NCBI GenBank assembly: GCA_043801885.1
Contig: JAZDLP010000167.1
Location: forward strand, 1-47,338
DNA length: 47,338 nt
Source: Planctomycetota bacterium
Lineage (GTDB): Bacteria > Planctomycetota > SZUA-567 > H5-PLA8
Reading direction: 5' to 3'
The notes beneath the pieces were generated by a model. That model was given only the letters and a program-made list of their open reading frames with translations, had not been told where the DNA came from and did no database searches. The translations under genes were made by a program, and so were the position numbers. Below, in pieces: positions 35,565-43,850 of this stretch; the first letter of the stretch is position 1, and every line of letters starts with the position of its first letter.

Positions 35565-38270
35565 ATGGCCGAATACGCATTTCAAGACCTGACGAATGAC
35601 CCTCTCTTGCAGGCGCTGCCTCGCGTCACTGTGAAGGATCATTTACAACCGTCTATCGCCAATGTTCCCTTGTTGGCCAAGATCGGCGAAGGCTCTTGCG
35701 GCGCAGTCTATCGCGCTTTCGCGATCCGCTTGGACCGTGAAGTCGCGATCAAAATTATGCCCACGCCTAGTTTATCCAAACGCAGCCAACAATTGTTGAA
35801 TGACATCAAAGCTGCGACTGCCATTAAATCGCCATATTTAGTCGAAATCCTCGATGCTGGAGTAGAAAGCGAATTGTTTTTTCAGATCAATGAATACATG
35901 CCCGGGATGTCCGCACAAGAACACCTTTATCGTCTGAAAGAACGCTTGGCGCCCGGCATGAAAGAAGCGCAGGCGCTGGATACCTGCACGGCGGCGGCGA
36001 CAGGCCTCGCCGCGGCGCATCAGCAGAACATGCTACATCTCGATATTCGGCCCACGAGCCTGTTCATTCCATTTGATAGCTTGAACAAAGATTTGGATTT
36101 TGCGCGCACACGTCTGAATGATCTGGGACTGGCCTATAACGCAGGCTCCGCTCAAATACTGGCCGGGAGCGAATGTCAGACCGGCACACCTGGTTATCTC
36201 TCGCCGGAACAAGCACAAGAATCCGGAAAACTCTCGCCAGCCACAGATGTTTTTAGCTTTGGCGCCACATTGTACACGTTGCTGGTTGGTCAGCCACCAT
36301 TCGGCGGGCTCAGTCTGCCGATTATTCTGGCTGCGACCGTTAATCAGGAAGTCATAGATCTCCGCACCTGGCGACCGGATATATCACGGGTTACGTCCAA
36401 AGTGATTGAAATTTGCCTGCGCAAGGATCCGACGCAACGGTTCGTCAACGGAGATATATTGCTCCAAGCGCTAAAAATCGCGCGCGCCGTTCTAAACGAT
36501 ACACTCAATGCGCAGTTGACAGCCATTCAACAAATTGAAGCTTTGACGTCGGCGAATATGGACAAAACTGCATTGACGTCAACGACGTCAACCGAGTCTG
36601 TCTTGCCGCTCGCCGACAAGTTAGCCAAGTCAAGTACGCGAGTTCATGCAGCCACTGCGCGGCCTGTTCCGATCTCTTCGGCGCCCACAATGCCGCTCGC
36701 GCCCGAAGTCGAATGGCAAGACCATTCGCCGGTTCTTCAGAAAGAAACGCCGCCATCAGCGCCGCGCTCCAAAGCGCGACGATTACTGATGGTGGCGCTG
36801 CTACTGACTGTTTGTGGAGCGGCTGCCTGGCAACTGGGTTATCTGGATCAGTTCATTGCCAAAACACGTATAACGGCAATCACGCTGCCTCAGAAACGCG
36901 TGACGGATTTCGTTGACTCACCGAACACTAATTTAACGTCTGAAAAACTTGCCGCAGCGGCTACCGTAGCCCAAACCCAAGCCGATACGGAAGCCAACGC
37001 AACCGAAGCGGACAAGGTGAAGGCAATCACAGACGCGAAGGCAAAGGCCGAAGAGGAAGCAAAAGCGAAAGAAGCGGAGCGGGTCGCTGCAGAGATTAAA
37101 GCCAAGACCGCAGCGGCTGCCACGTCCCAAGCCAAAGCAACCGAAGCGACCAGAGTAAAGGCTGTGGAGCGCCTCGCTACGGAGGTCAAAGCCAAGGCCG
37201 ACGCGGACGCCAAAGCAACCGAAGCGGCCAGAGTAATGGCTGTGGAGCGCCTCGCTACGGAGGTCAAAGCCAAGACTGACGCGGACGCCAAAGCGAACGA
37301 AACGGCCAAGTTGAAGGCAATCGCAGATATGAAGACAAAGGCCGAAGAGGAAACAAGAGCGAAAGAGGCGGATCGCAAGAAGAACTTGCAAAAGGAAGTT
37401 ACTATCTCTCTCGGCGGCAACGTGACGATGGACTTTGTATTGGTGCCGGCTGGCAGTTTCTTAATGGGCACTGATCGCGCGACCCTGACTGAACTGGCGC
37501 GTGTGAACAATGCCAACGAGAAAGATTTCATGGACGAAAGCCCTACACATCAGGTCAGGATGGATGCGTTTTATATTACCCGTACACCGGTCACGGTGGC
37601 GCAGTTCAAACGCTTTGTCACTGTTATGCAATATCAAACGACAGCCGAAAAGCGCGGCGAAGCGATCATTCTGCGCGACCGTAAATGGCAGCGCGTCTCC
37701 GGCGCAAGCTGGTTGCAACCTGGCTTTGAACAAAATGATGATCATCCGGTGGTTATGTTAAGTTGCCGCGACTGCGAAGCATTCGCGGCTTGGGCGGCGC
37801 AACAAAGCGGCAAAGCGTTACGCTTGCCGACCGAGACACATTGGGAATATGCGGCGCGAGGACCGCAGAACTTCATCTACCCTTGGGGCGATAAGTGGGA
37901 TCACAAGCTGGTCAATCATAGTGATAAAACACTCAAGCCGTTCTGTGTTGAAAACTGGAATTATTCCAATGACGATGACGGTTACGCCTTCACTTCGCCA
38001 GTAGGCAAGTATCACAATCAGAGCTGGTGTGGGGCGTTAGATATGTCCGGCAATGTCTTTCAATGGTGCGCGAACAATTACGAACAGTATCCGCAGAGCG
38101 GAACGGCGCCGGTCATCCTGATGGACCCGGCCAGCATCTCGCGCAACGCCAAACGAGCGCTACGCGGCGGTTCCTATCTATTCCGAGCCATTGACTGCCG
38201 CGCTACCGCCCGCCGCGCGCTGTCACCGCAAGCATGGAGCGGCGATCTGGGCATGCGGCTGATATTTTAA
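35565..38270 (+). CDS. Ser/Thr protein kinase - TM - Ala/Lys/Glu-rich coiled coil - FGE-sulfatase (C-type lectin fold) domain protein
   Basis: GEGSCGAVY, VAIK, HLDIRPTS, DLG and GTPGYLSPE kinase motifs. C-terminal FGE domain (FYITRTPVTVAQF, HPVVMLS, RLPTETHWEYAARG, RGGSY...CRATAR...GMRL). Confidence 0.85.
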   Translation: MAEYAFQDLTNDPLLQALPRVTVKDHLQPSIANVPLLAKIGEGSCGAVYRAFAIRLDREVAIKIMPTPSLSKRSQQLLNDIKAATAIKSPYLVEILDAGVESELFFQINEYMPGMSAQEHLYRLKERLAPGMKEAQALDTCTAAATGLAAAHQQNMLHLDIRPTSLFIPFDSLNKDLDFARTRLNDLGLAYNAGSAQILAGSECQTGTPGYLSPEQAQESGKLSPATDVFSFGATLYTLLVGQPPFGGLSLPIILAATVNQEVIDLRTWRPDISRVTSKVIEICLRKDPTQRFVNGDILLQALKIARAVLNDTLNAQLTAIQQIEALTSANMDKTALTSTTSTESVLPLADKLAKSSTRVHAATARPVPISSAPTMPLAPEVEWQDHSPVLQKETPPSAPRSKARRLLMVALLLTVCGAAAWQLGYLDQFIAKTRITAITLPQKRVTDFVDSPNTNLTSEKLAAAATVAQTQADTEANATEADKVKAITDAKAKAEEEAKAKEAERVAAEIKAKTAAAATSQAKATEATRVKAVERLATEVKAKADADAKATEAARVMAVERLATEVKAKTDADAKANETAKLKAIADMKTKAEEETRAKEADRKKNLQKEVTISLGGNVTMDFVLVPAGSFLMGTDRATLTELARVNNANEKDFMDESPTHQVRMDAFYITRTPVTVAQFKRFVTVMQYQTTAEKRGEAIILRDRKWQRVSGASWLQPGFEQNDDHPVVMLSCRDCEAFAAWAAQQSGKALRLPTETHWEYAARGPQNFIYPWGDKWDHKLVNHSDKTLKPFCVENWNYSNDDDGYAFTSPVGKYHNQSWCGALDMSGNVFQWCANNYEQYPQSGTAPVILMDPASISRNAKRALRGGSYLFRAIDCRATARRALSPQAWSGDLGMRLIF
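37141..37296. repeat. 78-bp tandem repeat x2 in the coiled-coil region
   Basis: CCGAAGCG[A/G]CCAGAGTAA[A/T]GGCTGTGGAGCGCCTCGCTACGGAGGTCAAAGCCAAG... at 37141 and 37219. Encodes ATEA.RV.AVERLATEVKAK.DADAK. Confidence 0.85.
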
Positions 38271-38271
38271 T

Positions 38272-38401
38272 GATCCGGCGGATCGGACGGATCGGACGGA
38301 TCGGGCGGATCAGGCGGATCGGACGGATCAGGCGGATCAGGCGGATCAGGCGGATCAGACGGATCGGGCGGATCGGGCGGATCGGACGGATCCGCCCGAT
38401 C
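38272..38401. repeat. array of about 14 tandem 9-bp units GATC[C/G/A]G[G/A]CG, one GATC per unit
   Basis: Direct reading. Starts 1 nt after the kinase-FGE stop and ends with the inverted pair GATCGGGCGGATC / GATCCGCCCGATC. Lies 27 nt upstream of the next start. Confidence 0.92.
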
Positions 38402-38427
38402 AAACTGACAGCGAAAGGACAAACAAC

Positions 38428-39207
38428 ATGTCTAAGAAATTTCGACCCAGCGGCGGCTATCGCGACACTTGCAGCTTTCAGACCACCACGATCATCTACG
38501 ACGCGACTCACTGGTTTTGCGAGAAGTTTCTCGATCCCCGTTCCCGCACTGTTGACCAGATGGTGCAAGCTGCCCGATCAGGACGCCAAAACATCGCCGA
38601 GGGCAGCCGCGCAGCCGCTACATCCTCGCAAACTGAGTTACGCCTGCTCAATGTCGCTCGTTCCAGTTTGGAAGAATTACTTCTCGATTACGAAGACTTT
38701 CTGCGTCATCGCCATTTGGAGCAGTGGACCCCCGACTGCCCTGAAGCCATGGCCGTGCGTGAGGTGCCGCGAAAGTTCAAGCGCGATCAAGCTGATCAGA
38801 CCGATCTGTCGGATATCACTGATCGCGAGCGTTGGGTACGCTATGCCTCATGGCTGGAGCACAACGACCCCGCCATGCGAGCCAACGCCTTGATCTGCCT
38901 GATCAACCAGGCCAACTATCTGCTAGACCAACAGATCACCGCGCTCCAAAAGCAGTTTATCGAAGAAGGCGGCGTCAGCGAACAACTCGCCGCCGCCCGC
39001 CTGGCCGAACGCAACAGGCAGAAAACGGGTGATCGGTCAGATCGGTCAGATCGGTCAGATCGGTCCAATTCAGCGGATCACATCCCGCCTTGTCCGGTGT
39101 GTGGCAAGGCCACGGTCCTGCGTACCGCGAAGACCGGAAAGAACGCCGGTAAACAGTTCTGGGGTTGCGCTGCTTACCCCGACTGCAAAGGAATCGCGAA
39201 CCTATGA
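38428..39207 (+). CDS. four-helix-bundle protein (23S rRNA IVS / Avd family) with suffix domain, fused via a DRS repeat to a topoisomerase-type C4 zinc ribbon
   Basis: SFQTTTIIYDATHWFCEKF...RSRTVDQMVQAARSGRQNIAEGS...ELRLLNVARSSLEELLLDYEDFL. C-terminus CPVCGKATVLRTAKTGKNAGKQFWGCAAYPDCKG. Confidence 0.75.
   Translation: MSKKFRPSGGYRDTCSFQTTTIIYDATHWFCEKFLDPRSRTVDQMVQAARSGRQNIAEGSRAAATSSQTELRLLNVARSSLEELLLDYEDFLRHRHLEQWTPDCPEAMAVREVPRKFKRDQADQTDLSDITDRERWVRYASWLEHNDPAMRANALICLINQANYLLDQQITALQKQFIEEGGVSEQLAAARLAERNRQKTGDRSDRSDRSDRSNSADHIPPCPVCGKATVLRTAKTGKNAGKQFWGCAAYPDCKGIANL
39031..39066. repeat. 9-bp tandem repeat GATCGGTCA x4 inside the ORF (encodes DRSDRSDRSDRS)
   Basis: Direct reading. 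Same GATC-nonamer family as 38272-38401 and 45192-45223. Confidence 0.9.
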
Positions 39208-39264
39208 ACACGCGCAAAATCCCAGCGCGGCCAAGCCATTGTATTGTAACGCAGCCATTGTAGT

Positions 39265-40203
39265 CTAAAGAATGCTGGCGCCGAAGGCGGAATGCAGCAG
39301 TTTGGATCCGAGCAACGCGGTCATGTTCTGCTGATCCAGTGTCGGATTGACTTCAACCAGCTCGCAACTAATCATGGCTTGCGTATCGGCCACCATCTCC
39401 ATAATTAAGTATGCTTCCCGTGTAGTCAATCCGCCGGAGTCAGGCGTGCCGACTCCCGGCGCGACGCTGGGATCCAGACTGTCAATATCAAATGACAAGT
39501 GAAATCCATCGGTTTCGGTATTGACGATAGCCAACGCCTCGCGCATGCACACCGACACGCCACGCTCGTCAATCTCGCGCATCGTTATGGCGCGAATACC
39601 TAATCGCTTGATATTTCTTCGCTCGCCTTCATCCAAGTCGCGCGCGCCTAGAAAAACAGTGCGTTGCGGATCTGCCATGGGTTCAATGCCAGCCAAGCCA
39701 GTCAGCATCGGTATGCCGTGACCCAACGCCACAGCCAACGGCATGCCGTGAATGTTGCCGCTCGGCGAAGTCTTTGGCGTGTTACAATCGCCATGCGCGT
39801 CCACCCACAATAGTCCAAACCGTCGCTTATGTTTGCGAGCATATCGAGCCACTCCACCCAGTGTGCCGATGGCCACTGAGTGATCGCCACCCAGCACCAA
39901 CGGCGTCTCGCCACGCTCAAGCGCGCCTTCGACTATGCGCATTAGTTCTCGGCACACGCGCGCAATCAGCGGCGCAAAACGGAGTGTTCGAGCGCGCGTC
40001 TTCAAGCTGTCTTCGACCGATGCCGCGTGAGCATGCGGCACACTCAAGTTTCCCAGATCACGCACCCGCAATCCCAGACCAGCTAACTTATCATTCAGAC
40101 CGGCAATGCGAATGGCCGACGGCCCCATGTCCACGCCGCGCAACTGCGCGCCCAGATCCATCGGCACACCGATTATCGAGACTGTTTTTTGTTTTCCGGC
40201 CAT
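39265..40203 (-). CDS. rocF: arginase (ureohydrolase family)
   Basis: Mn-binding motifs GGDHS, VDAHGD and SFDIDSLDP, plus GNIHGMPLA. Confidence 0.85.
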   Translation of the reverse strand: MAGKQKTVSIIGVPMDLGAQLRGVDMGPSAIRIAGLNDKLAGLGLRVRDLGNLSVPHAHAASVEDSLKTRARTLRFAPLIARVCRELMRIVEGALERGETPLVLGGDHSVAIGTLGGVARYARKHKRRFGLLWVDAHGDCNTPKTSPSGNIHGMPLAVALGHGIPMLTGLAGIEPMADPQRTVFLGARDLDEGERRNIKRLGIRAITMREIDERGVSVCMREALAIVNTETDGFHLSFDIDSLDPSVAPGVGTPDSGGLTTREAYLIMEMVADTQAMISCELVEVNPTLDQQNMTALLGSKLLHSAFGASIL

Positions 40204-40205
40204 AT

Positions 40206-42416
40206 TTACGCTCGCACCATTTCTTCGTGCGACTTCAGATCAGATTCCAGCACGAGACCGGGCCGCCACCGCGCAATTTCAACGGGCAGATGCTTGACGT
40301 TCAAAACCAGTGTGCCGGGAGCAATAAGCGCGTTCAGAATTGCCGTGCCGCTTTTTGGCACTGCTCCAGCCACTGCCGACTGCGCCGTTCCGGCTTTCTG
40401 ATCATTAACTTGTGGCGGCGAATACTTTTCTACTTCGCCTTCCAGTTTCGGAAGACTCAGTTTCTCCGGCACAGTCCATAAGAGCGTCACTTTGGCGCCG
40501 AGCGACAACGCTTTTTCGGTCTGTAGCGCGATGCGCGCGCCGTTCTCGCTGCCGAGAGAGATGGAGATAATCATCGCGGAAATTTTATCGTCTCCGACAA
40601 CCAAGACGCAGGGCAGGGAGAGCAAAAGCATATTCAAAGCCGGCGATTCGCTATCTATTAGCTGACTATTGGAAACGGGCGGAATAATGCCGCGTACCGA
40701 ATAGATCGGCAGCGGTTTCTCTACATTCTTCGCCGGACAATTTGGCATCCGAATTCCAAGCGCGCGAGTCTTGATCTCTTCCCAAGTTGATTCGCCTACC
40801 AGCACTTGTCCTCGCCCCGCTAGGGATTCAATCCTCGCGGCTAAATTTGCCGCGTCGCCGATGACAGTGAATTCGATTTTGCGATCCGAGCCGATATTTC
40901 CCGCGCAAACCATGCCAGTATTTACGCCGATGCCGTGGCCCAGCGGAGTATGCGGCAGCGAGATTTCGTTTTTCAACGCTTCATCGCGATTAAAAGTGAA
41001 CATGGCGATCTGCATCTCGATAGCGGCGGTAACGGCGTTGGCGGTAAAATCAGGCATGTCGCCGACCACGCCCCAGTGAGCCATAATGTTGTCTCCGGCG
41101 CACTTATCAATCGAGCCGCCGCGGCGAAAGATGATGTTCTGCATCACCGTGAAGTACCGATTTAACAACGTCACCACATTCCGCGCGCTCATCATACGCG
41201 CCAGTTTGGTGAAATTGACGATATCGGAGAAAAAAATAGCGCCTTTTTTCTCGGTGCCGCCCAATTCAAGGCTCAATCCGCCGCTCAACATTCGCTCAAC
41301 CAGATCGGGTGAAAGAAAACGCGATAAATTCTCGCGCTGCGCAGCGGCCGCGGCAGCGTCACGCGCCAGATCCGAGTTCCGAATCACCACTGCCACCTGT
41401 CCAGCAACAGCATTCAGTATGCTCAGATCTTCCGGAGTAAATGCCTGTTGGCGACTTTTAGTCTCCAACTCGATCAGCCCCATATATTCCTTGCCGACCA
41501 GCAGTGGCGCGCATAATAGCGACTTGATCTCAAACTTCGCCATGGACAGGCCGGCCGCATCGCTCGAAGCGTCCGAGACTAATACTGACTGTCGTTCCTG
41601 CCGCACGCGATTCGCTACGGTGCGGGAGAGCCTGATCTCGTTGTCGCAAGCCGAACCGGGCCGAAGTTTGACTTTAGTCATCGGTCCTTTGCGGCGATCT
41701 AATGTGATGTTTGATTCTTTTTCGGGCGTCAGCATCGCTGGCAGCGAACCGTCCGGGCCGACGAGCACGATGATACCGCGATCTGCTTGCGGGAAGACTT
41801 CGAACAACTTGTCCAGACAAATGTTCAGCAACTTGCCTGCATCAAGTGTGATGCCCATTTCTTTGCCCACGTCCACCAACAGTCTAAGCCGTTCGGTGAC
41901 ACGCTTGAGTTTGGCGACATCAGAACTGGATGCTTCTTCCTCGGACACCACTTGCGCGTCCGCTTGCTGCGTAAAATCCACTTTTGGCGAACTGGTTTCT
42001 TCATCTTCCAATCGCACTACCGACATGCCGGGATCGTAAGTCGCCGGCAAGCGCAGCTCGTTGAGTCCGCCGGTGGCGTCTGCCGGCGCATTCAGTCGCA
42101 AAAATAATTCAGTCGAACCGATGCGCAGCACATCGCCATTTTTGATGAGAGAACGCTTGTTCAATGCCTGGCCGTTGAGCAGCGTGCCGTTGGCCGAGCC
42201 ATTGTCTTCAGCGTAAAAAACTCCGAGCGCTCCGCGTTCGATCTTGCAGTGATGTCGCGAAGACATGGGGTCGCGCAGCACGATCTCGCAGTCGGAGTGA
42301 CGACCGATTACGCTCTTCTCGACCAATCGGTAACTCTTGGTCGCGCCCTCGTGATCGGTCACGACGATTTCAGCGAGTACAGTCATCTGTGGGCGACCTT
42401 TGGCTTGTTCAGGCAT
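40206..42416 (-). CDS. FHA - GAF - class III adenylate/guanylate cyclase protein with unknown (PilZ-like?) C-terminal domain
   Basis: FHA (VIGRHSDCEIVLRDPMSSRHHC...NGSANGTLLNG). GAF region. Cyclase core (AIFFSDIVNFTKL...KCAGDNIMAHWG...GDAANLAARIES). Confidence 0.85.
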   Translation of the reverse strand: MPEQAKGRPQMTVLAEIVVTDHEGATKSYRLVEKSVIGRHSDCEIVLRDPMSSRHHCKIERGALGVFYAEDNGSANGTLLNGQALNKRSLIKNGDVLRIGSTELFLRLNAPADATGGLNELRLPATYDPGMSVVRLEDEETSSPKVDFTQQADAQVVSEEEASSSDVAKLKRVTERLRLLVDVGKEMGITLDAGKLLNICLDKLFEVFPQADRGIIVLVGPDGSLPAMLTPEKESNITLDRRKGPMTKVKLRPGSACDNEIRLSRTVANRVRQERQSVLVSDASSDAAGLSMAKFEIKSLLCAPLLVGKEYMGLIELETKSRQQAFTPEDLSILNAVAGQVAVVIRNSDLARDAAAAAAQRENLSRFLSPDLVERMLSGGLSLELGGTEKKGAIFFSDIVNFTKLARMMSARNVVTLLNRYFTVMQNIIFRRGGSIDKCAGDNIMAHWGVVGDMPDFTANAVTAAIEMQIAMFTFNRDEALKNEISLPHTPLGHGIGVNTGMVCAGNIGSDRKIEFTVIGDAANLAARIESLAGRGQVLVGESTWEEIKTRALGIRMPNCPAKNVEKPLPIYSVRGIIPPVSNSQLIDSESPALNMLLLSLPCVLVVGDDKISAMIISISLGSENGARIALQTEKALSLGAKVTLLWTVPEKLSLPKLEGEVEKYSPPQVNDQKAGTAQSAVAGAVPKSGTAILNALIAPGTLVLNVKHLPVEIARWRPGLVLESDLKSHEEMVRA

Positions 42417-42791
42417 CTATTTTACTACAGCGGAAGGGATATTTGGACTCTTGGGGTTGACCGTGACGATTTGGCGCGACGGCTCAATCACGAGGTCCAT
42501 ATCTTCCATTGGGACGGCGCCGAGCAGTACCGATTCTCCTATGACCAGAGCCCCAGTGAAGCAAGTACGTTTCTGGAACCGGATTTGGATCGGTCCGACA
42601 TACGGGACGACATGAGACCGCTCATCAGCGGTTGTAACTTCTCTTTTTTCGATCTCATTGAGCTCAAGTTGAATGGCAACATGCTCCGGTATACAAATCG
42701 TCATCGCCCCGGTGTCGACCAAAGCTTGTACGGTCAACGGGGCAAGATCTGGTTTGCGAGGGTTTGATAACTCGATATTCACATTAATCAT
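42417..42791 (-). CDS. retropepsin-like (clan AA) aspartic protease, 124 aa
   Basis: ALVDTGAMTICIP catalytic motif, size and overall pattern. Its TAG stop is directly followed by the cyclase ATG. Confidence 0.7.
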   Translation of the reverse strand: MINVNIELSNPRKPDLAPLTVQALVDTGAMTICIPEHVAIQLELNEIEKREVTTADERSHVVPYVGPIQIRFQKRTCFTGALVIGESVLLGAVPMEDMDLVIEPSRQIVTVNPKSPNIPSAVVK

Positions 42792-42870
42792 GCCCTTGAT
42801 GTTTTCCTTTAGTTTTGTAGCCGTTCACCGCAGTCACCATGACGTTAGGAAAGTGTTGCTCTGTATCTGG

Positions 42871-43101
42871 CTAACCGACGCGCAGTTTTTTTACGCGTCC
42901 AGTTGAGCGCCTTGTTAGACTTATAGATTTCCGCGCAAGATTTATAAGGGAACGAAGAGCATCGTTTACGGCTTCTTCTGTGGAGAACACTTTGGCCACA
43001 TCAGGACTGAGAAGCACCAAATTTGTGCCCTTTTGGTAAGATTCAAAATACTTGCCTCTAACACCTAATCCAAGGTCTTCACGGTTATACAAGGGTCGCA
43101 A
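42871..43101 (-). CDS. small protein, possibly antitoxin-like; start codon uncertain
   Basis: GVRGKYFESYQKGTNLVLLSPDVAKVFSTEEAVNDALRSL resembles small proteins I recall from toxin-antitoxin neighbourhoods. The ORF-track start is TTG. An AAAGGAGAA RBS sits 30 nt upstream, next to an ATA codon. Confidence 0.45.
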   Translation of the reverse strand: MRPLYNREDLGLGVRGKYFESYQKGTNLVLLSPDVAKVFSTEEAVNDALRSLINLARKSISLTRRSTGRVKKLRVG

Positions 43102-43146
43102 CTCTTCAGATTTAATCTTTTTTATAGATTCTCCTTTCTTTGTGAT

Positions 43147-43518
43147 TCATAAAACCGCTAATAATTTATTAATCTCTTTTGTCGGATACCCAAAGATTGA
43201 CCGCATTTGCCCATCTCTTGTGACCACAACAAACATATCACCGTCAATATTGTACTGCGCATCCCATGCGATATGAAAATTGCTGGCTGTTTCTACGATG
43301 ACATAATCCTGTCGTATCCCATCGCGGGCAAGACAAAGCGCCAGTTGGTCCTGCGGGTCCAGCATCCACGCGTCGCCGTTTTCCGTCGAGAAAAAGACTA
43401 TGTCGTTGAGTGCAACAGCGCAGCCATCGTGATTTTGCGCTCTTTTGACGATATAATCGGCTTCGCTAGATATGTTGATCTGCTCGCGACTGATTATCTT
43501 TTGTTTTTGTATGTTCAT
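43147..43518 (-). CDS. hypothetical protein, 123 aa
   Basis: ORF with an ATG start 18 nt after the rplU stop. No family recognised. Confidence 0.5.
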   Translation of the reverse strand: MNIQKQKIISREQINISSEADYIVKRAQNHDGCAVALNDIVFFSTENGDAWMLDPQDQLALCLARDGIRQDYVIVETASNFHIAWDAQYNIDGDMFVVVTRDGQMRSIFGYPTKEINKLLAVL

Positions 43519-43535
43519 GCTTGTTCGTCTTTCGT

Positions 43536-43850
43536 CTAGCTCTGTATTTTACCGATCCGCACCACGGTATACTTAGTGCGGTGTCCGCGGCGGCGACCCA
43601 GCGAATTTGTCCAGACGCGATGATGAGCAATCGTCTTGTCGCCTTTGATGTGATCTTCCACCACACCGGTCACTTTGGCGCCCGGGATTGACGGCGAACC
43701 GATCTTAACCTGTCCACCCTCCAAACCCAGCAACAGCACTTGATCGAAGGTGATTTCCTGACCATTATTGACGCGAATCTCATCAATTTGAACCAGTTCG
43801 CCTTCCTGCACTTTATACTGCCGACCACGATCACTAAGAATTGCGTACAT
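43536..43850 (-). CDS. rplU: 50S ribosomal protein L21
   Basis: MYAILSDRGRQYKVQEGELV N-terminus and GHRTKYTVVRI C-terminal motif. Confidence 0.92.
   Translation of the reverse strand: MYAILSDRGRQYKVQEGELVQIDEIRVNNGQEITFDQVLLLGLEGGQVKIGSPSIPGAKVTGVVEDHIKGDKTIAHHRVWTNSLGRRRGHRTKYTVVRIGKIQS

Noticed and set aside
36890-37531. 213-aa minus-strand ORF
   Set aside because: It is antisense to the Ala/Lys/Glu-rich repeat region of the kinase gene. Low-complexity sequence keeps the opposite strand open.
38272-38401. CRISPR array
   Set aside because: The period is only 9 bp with no spacers, and there are no cas genes. It is a microsatellite.
38203-38893. ORFs 38203-38568 (-) and 38234-38893 (+) encoding RIG/IRP repeats
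   Set aside because: They are open only because the nonamer repeat lacks stops in all frames, and they overlap the well-supported four-helix-bundle gene.
35565-39264. Complete diversity-generating retroelement
   Set aside because: No reverse transcriptase ORF and no template repeat of the gene's 3' end are visible in the window. Kept only as a low-confidence lead.
41086-42039. 317-aa ORF on the + strand
   Set aside because: It is antisense to the cyclase gene, has no recognisable motifs and is Ser-rich. It is a shadow ORF.
42417-43850. rpmA or ysxB hidden among the small ORFs after rplU
   Set aside because: None of the translations shows the L27 N-terminus (AHKKG.GS..NGRDS) or a Prp cysteine-protease motif.
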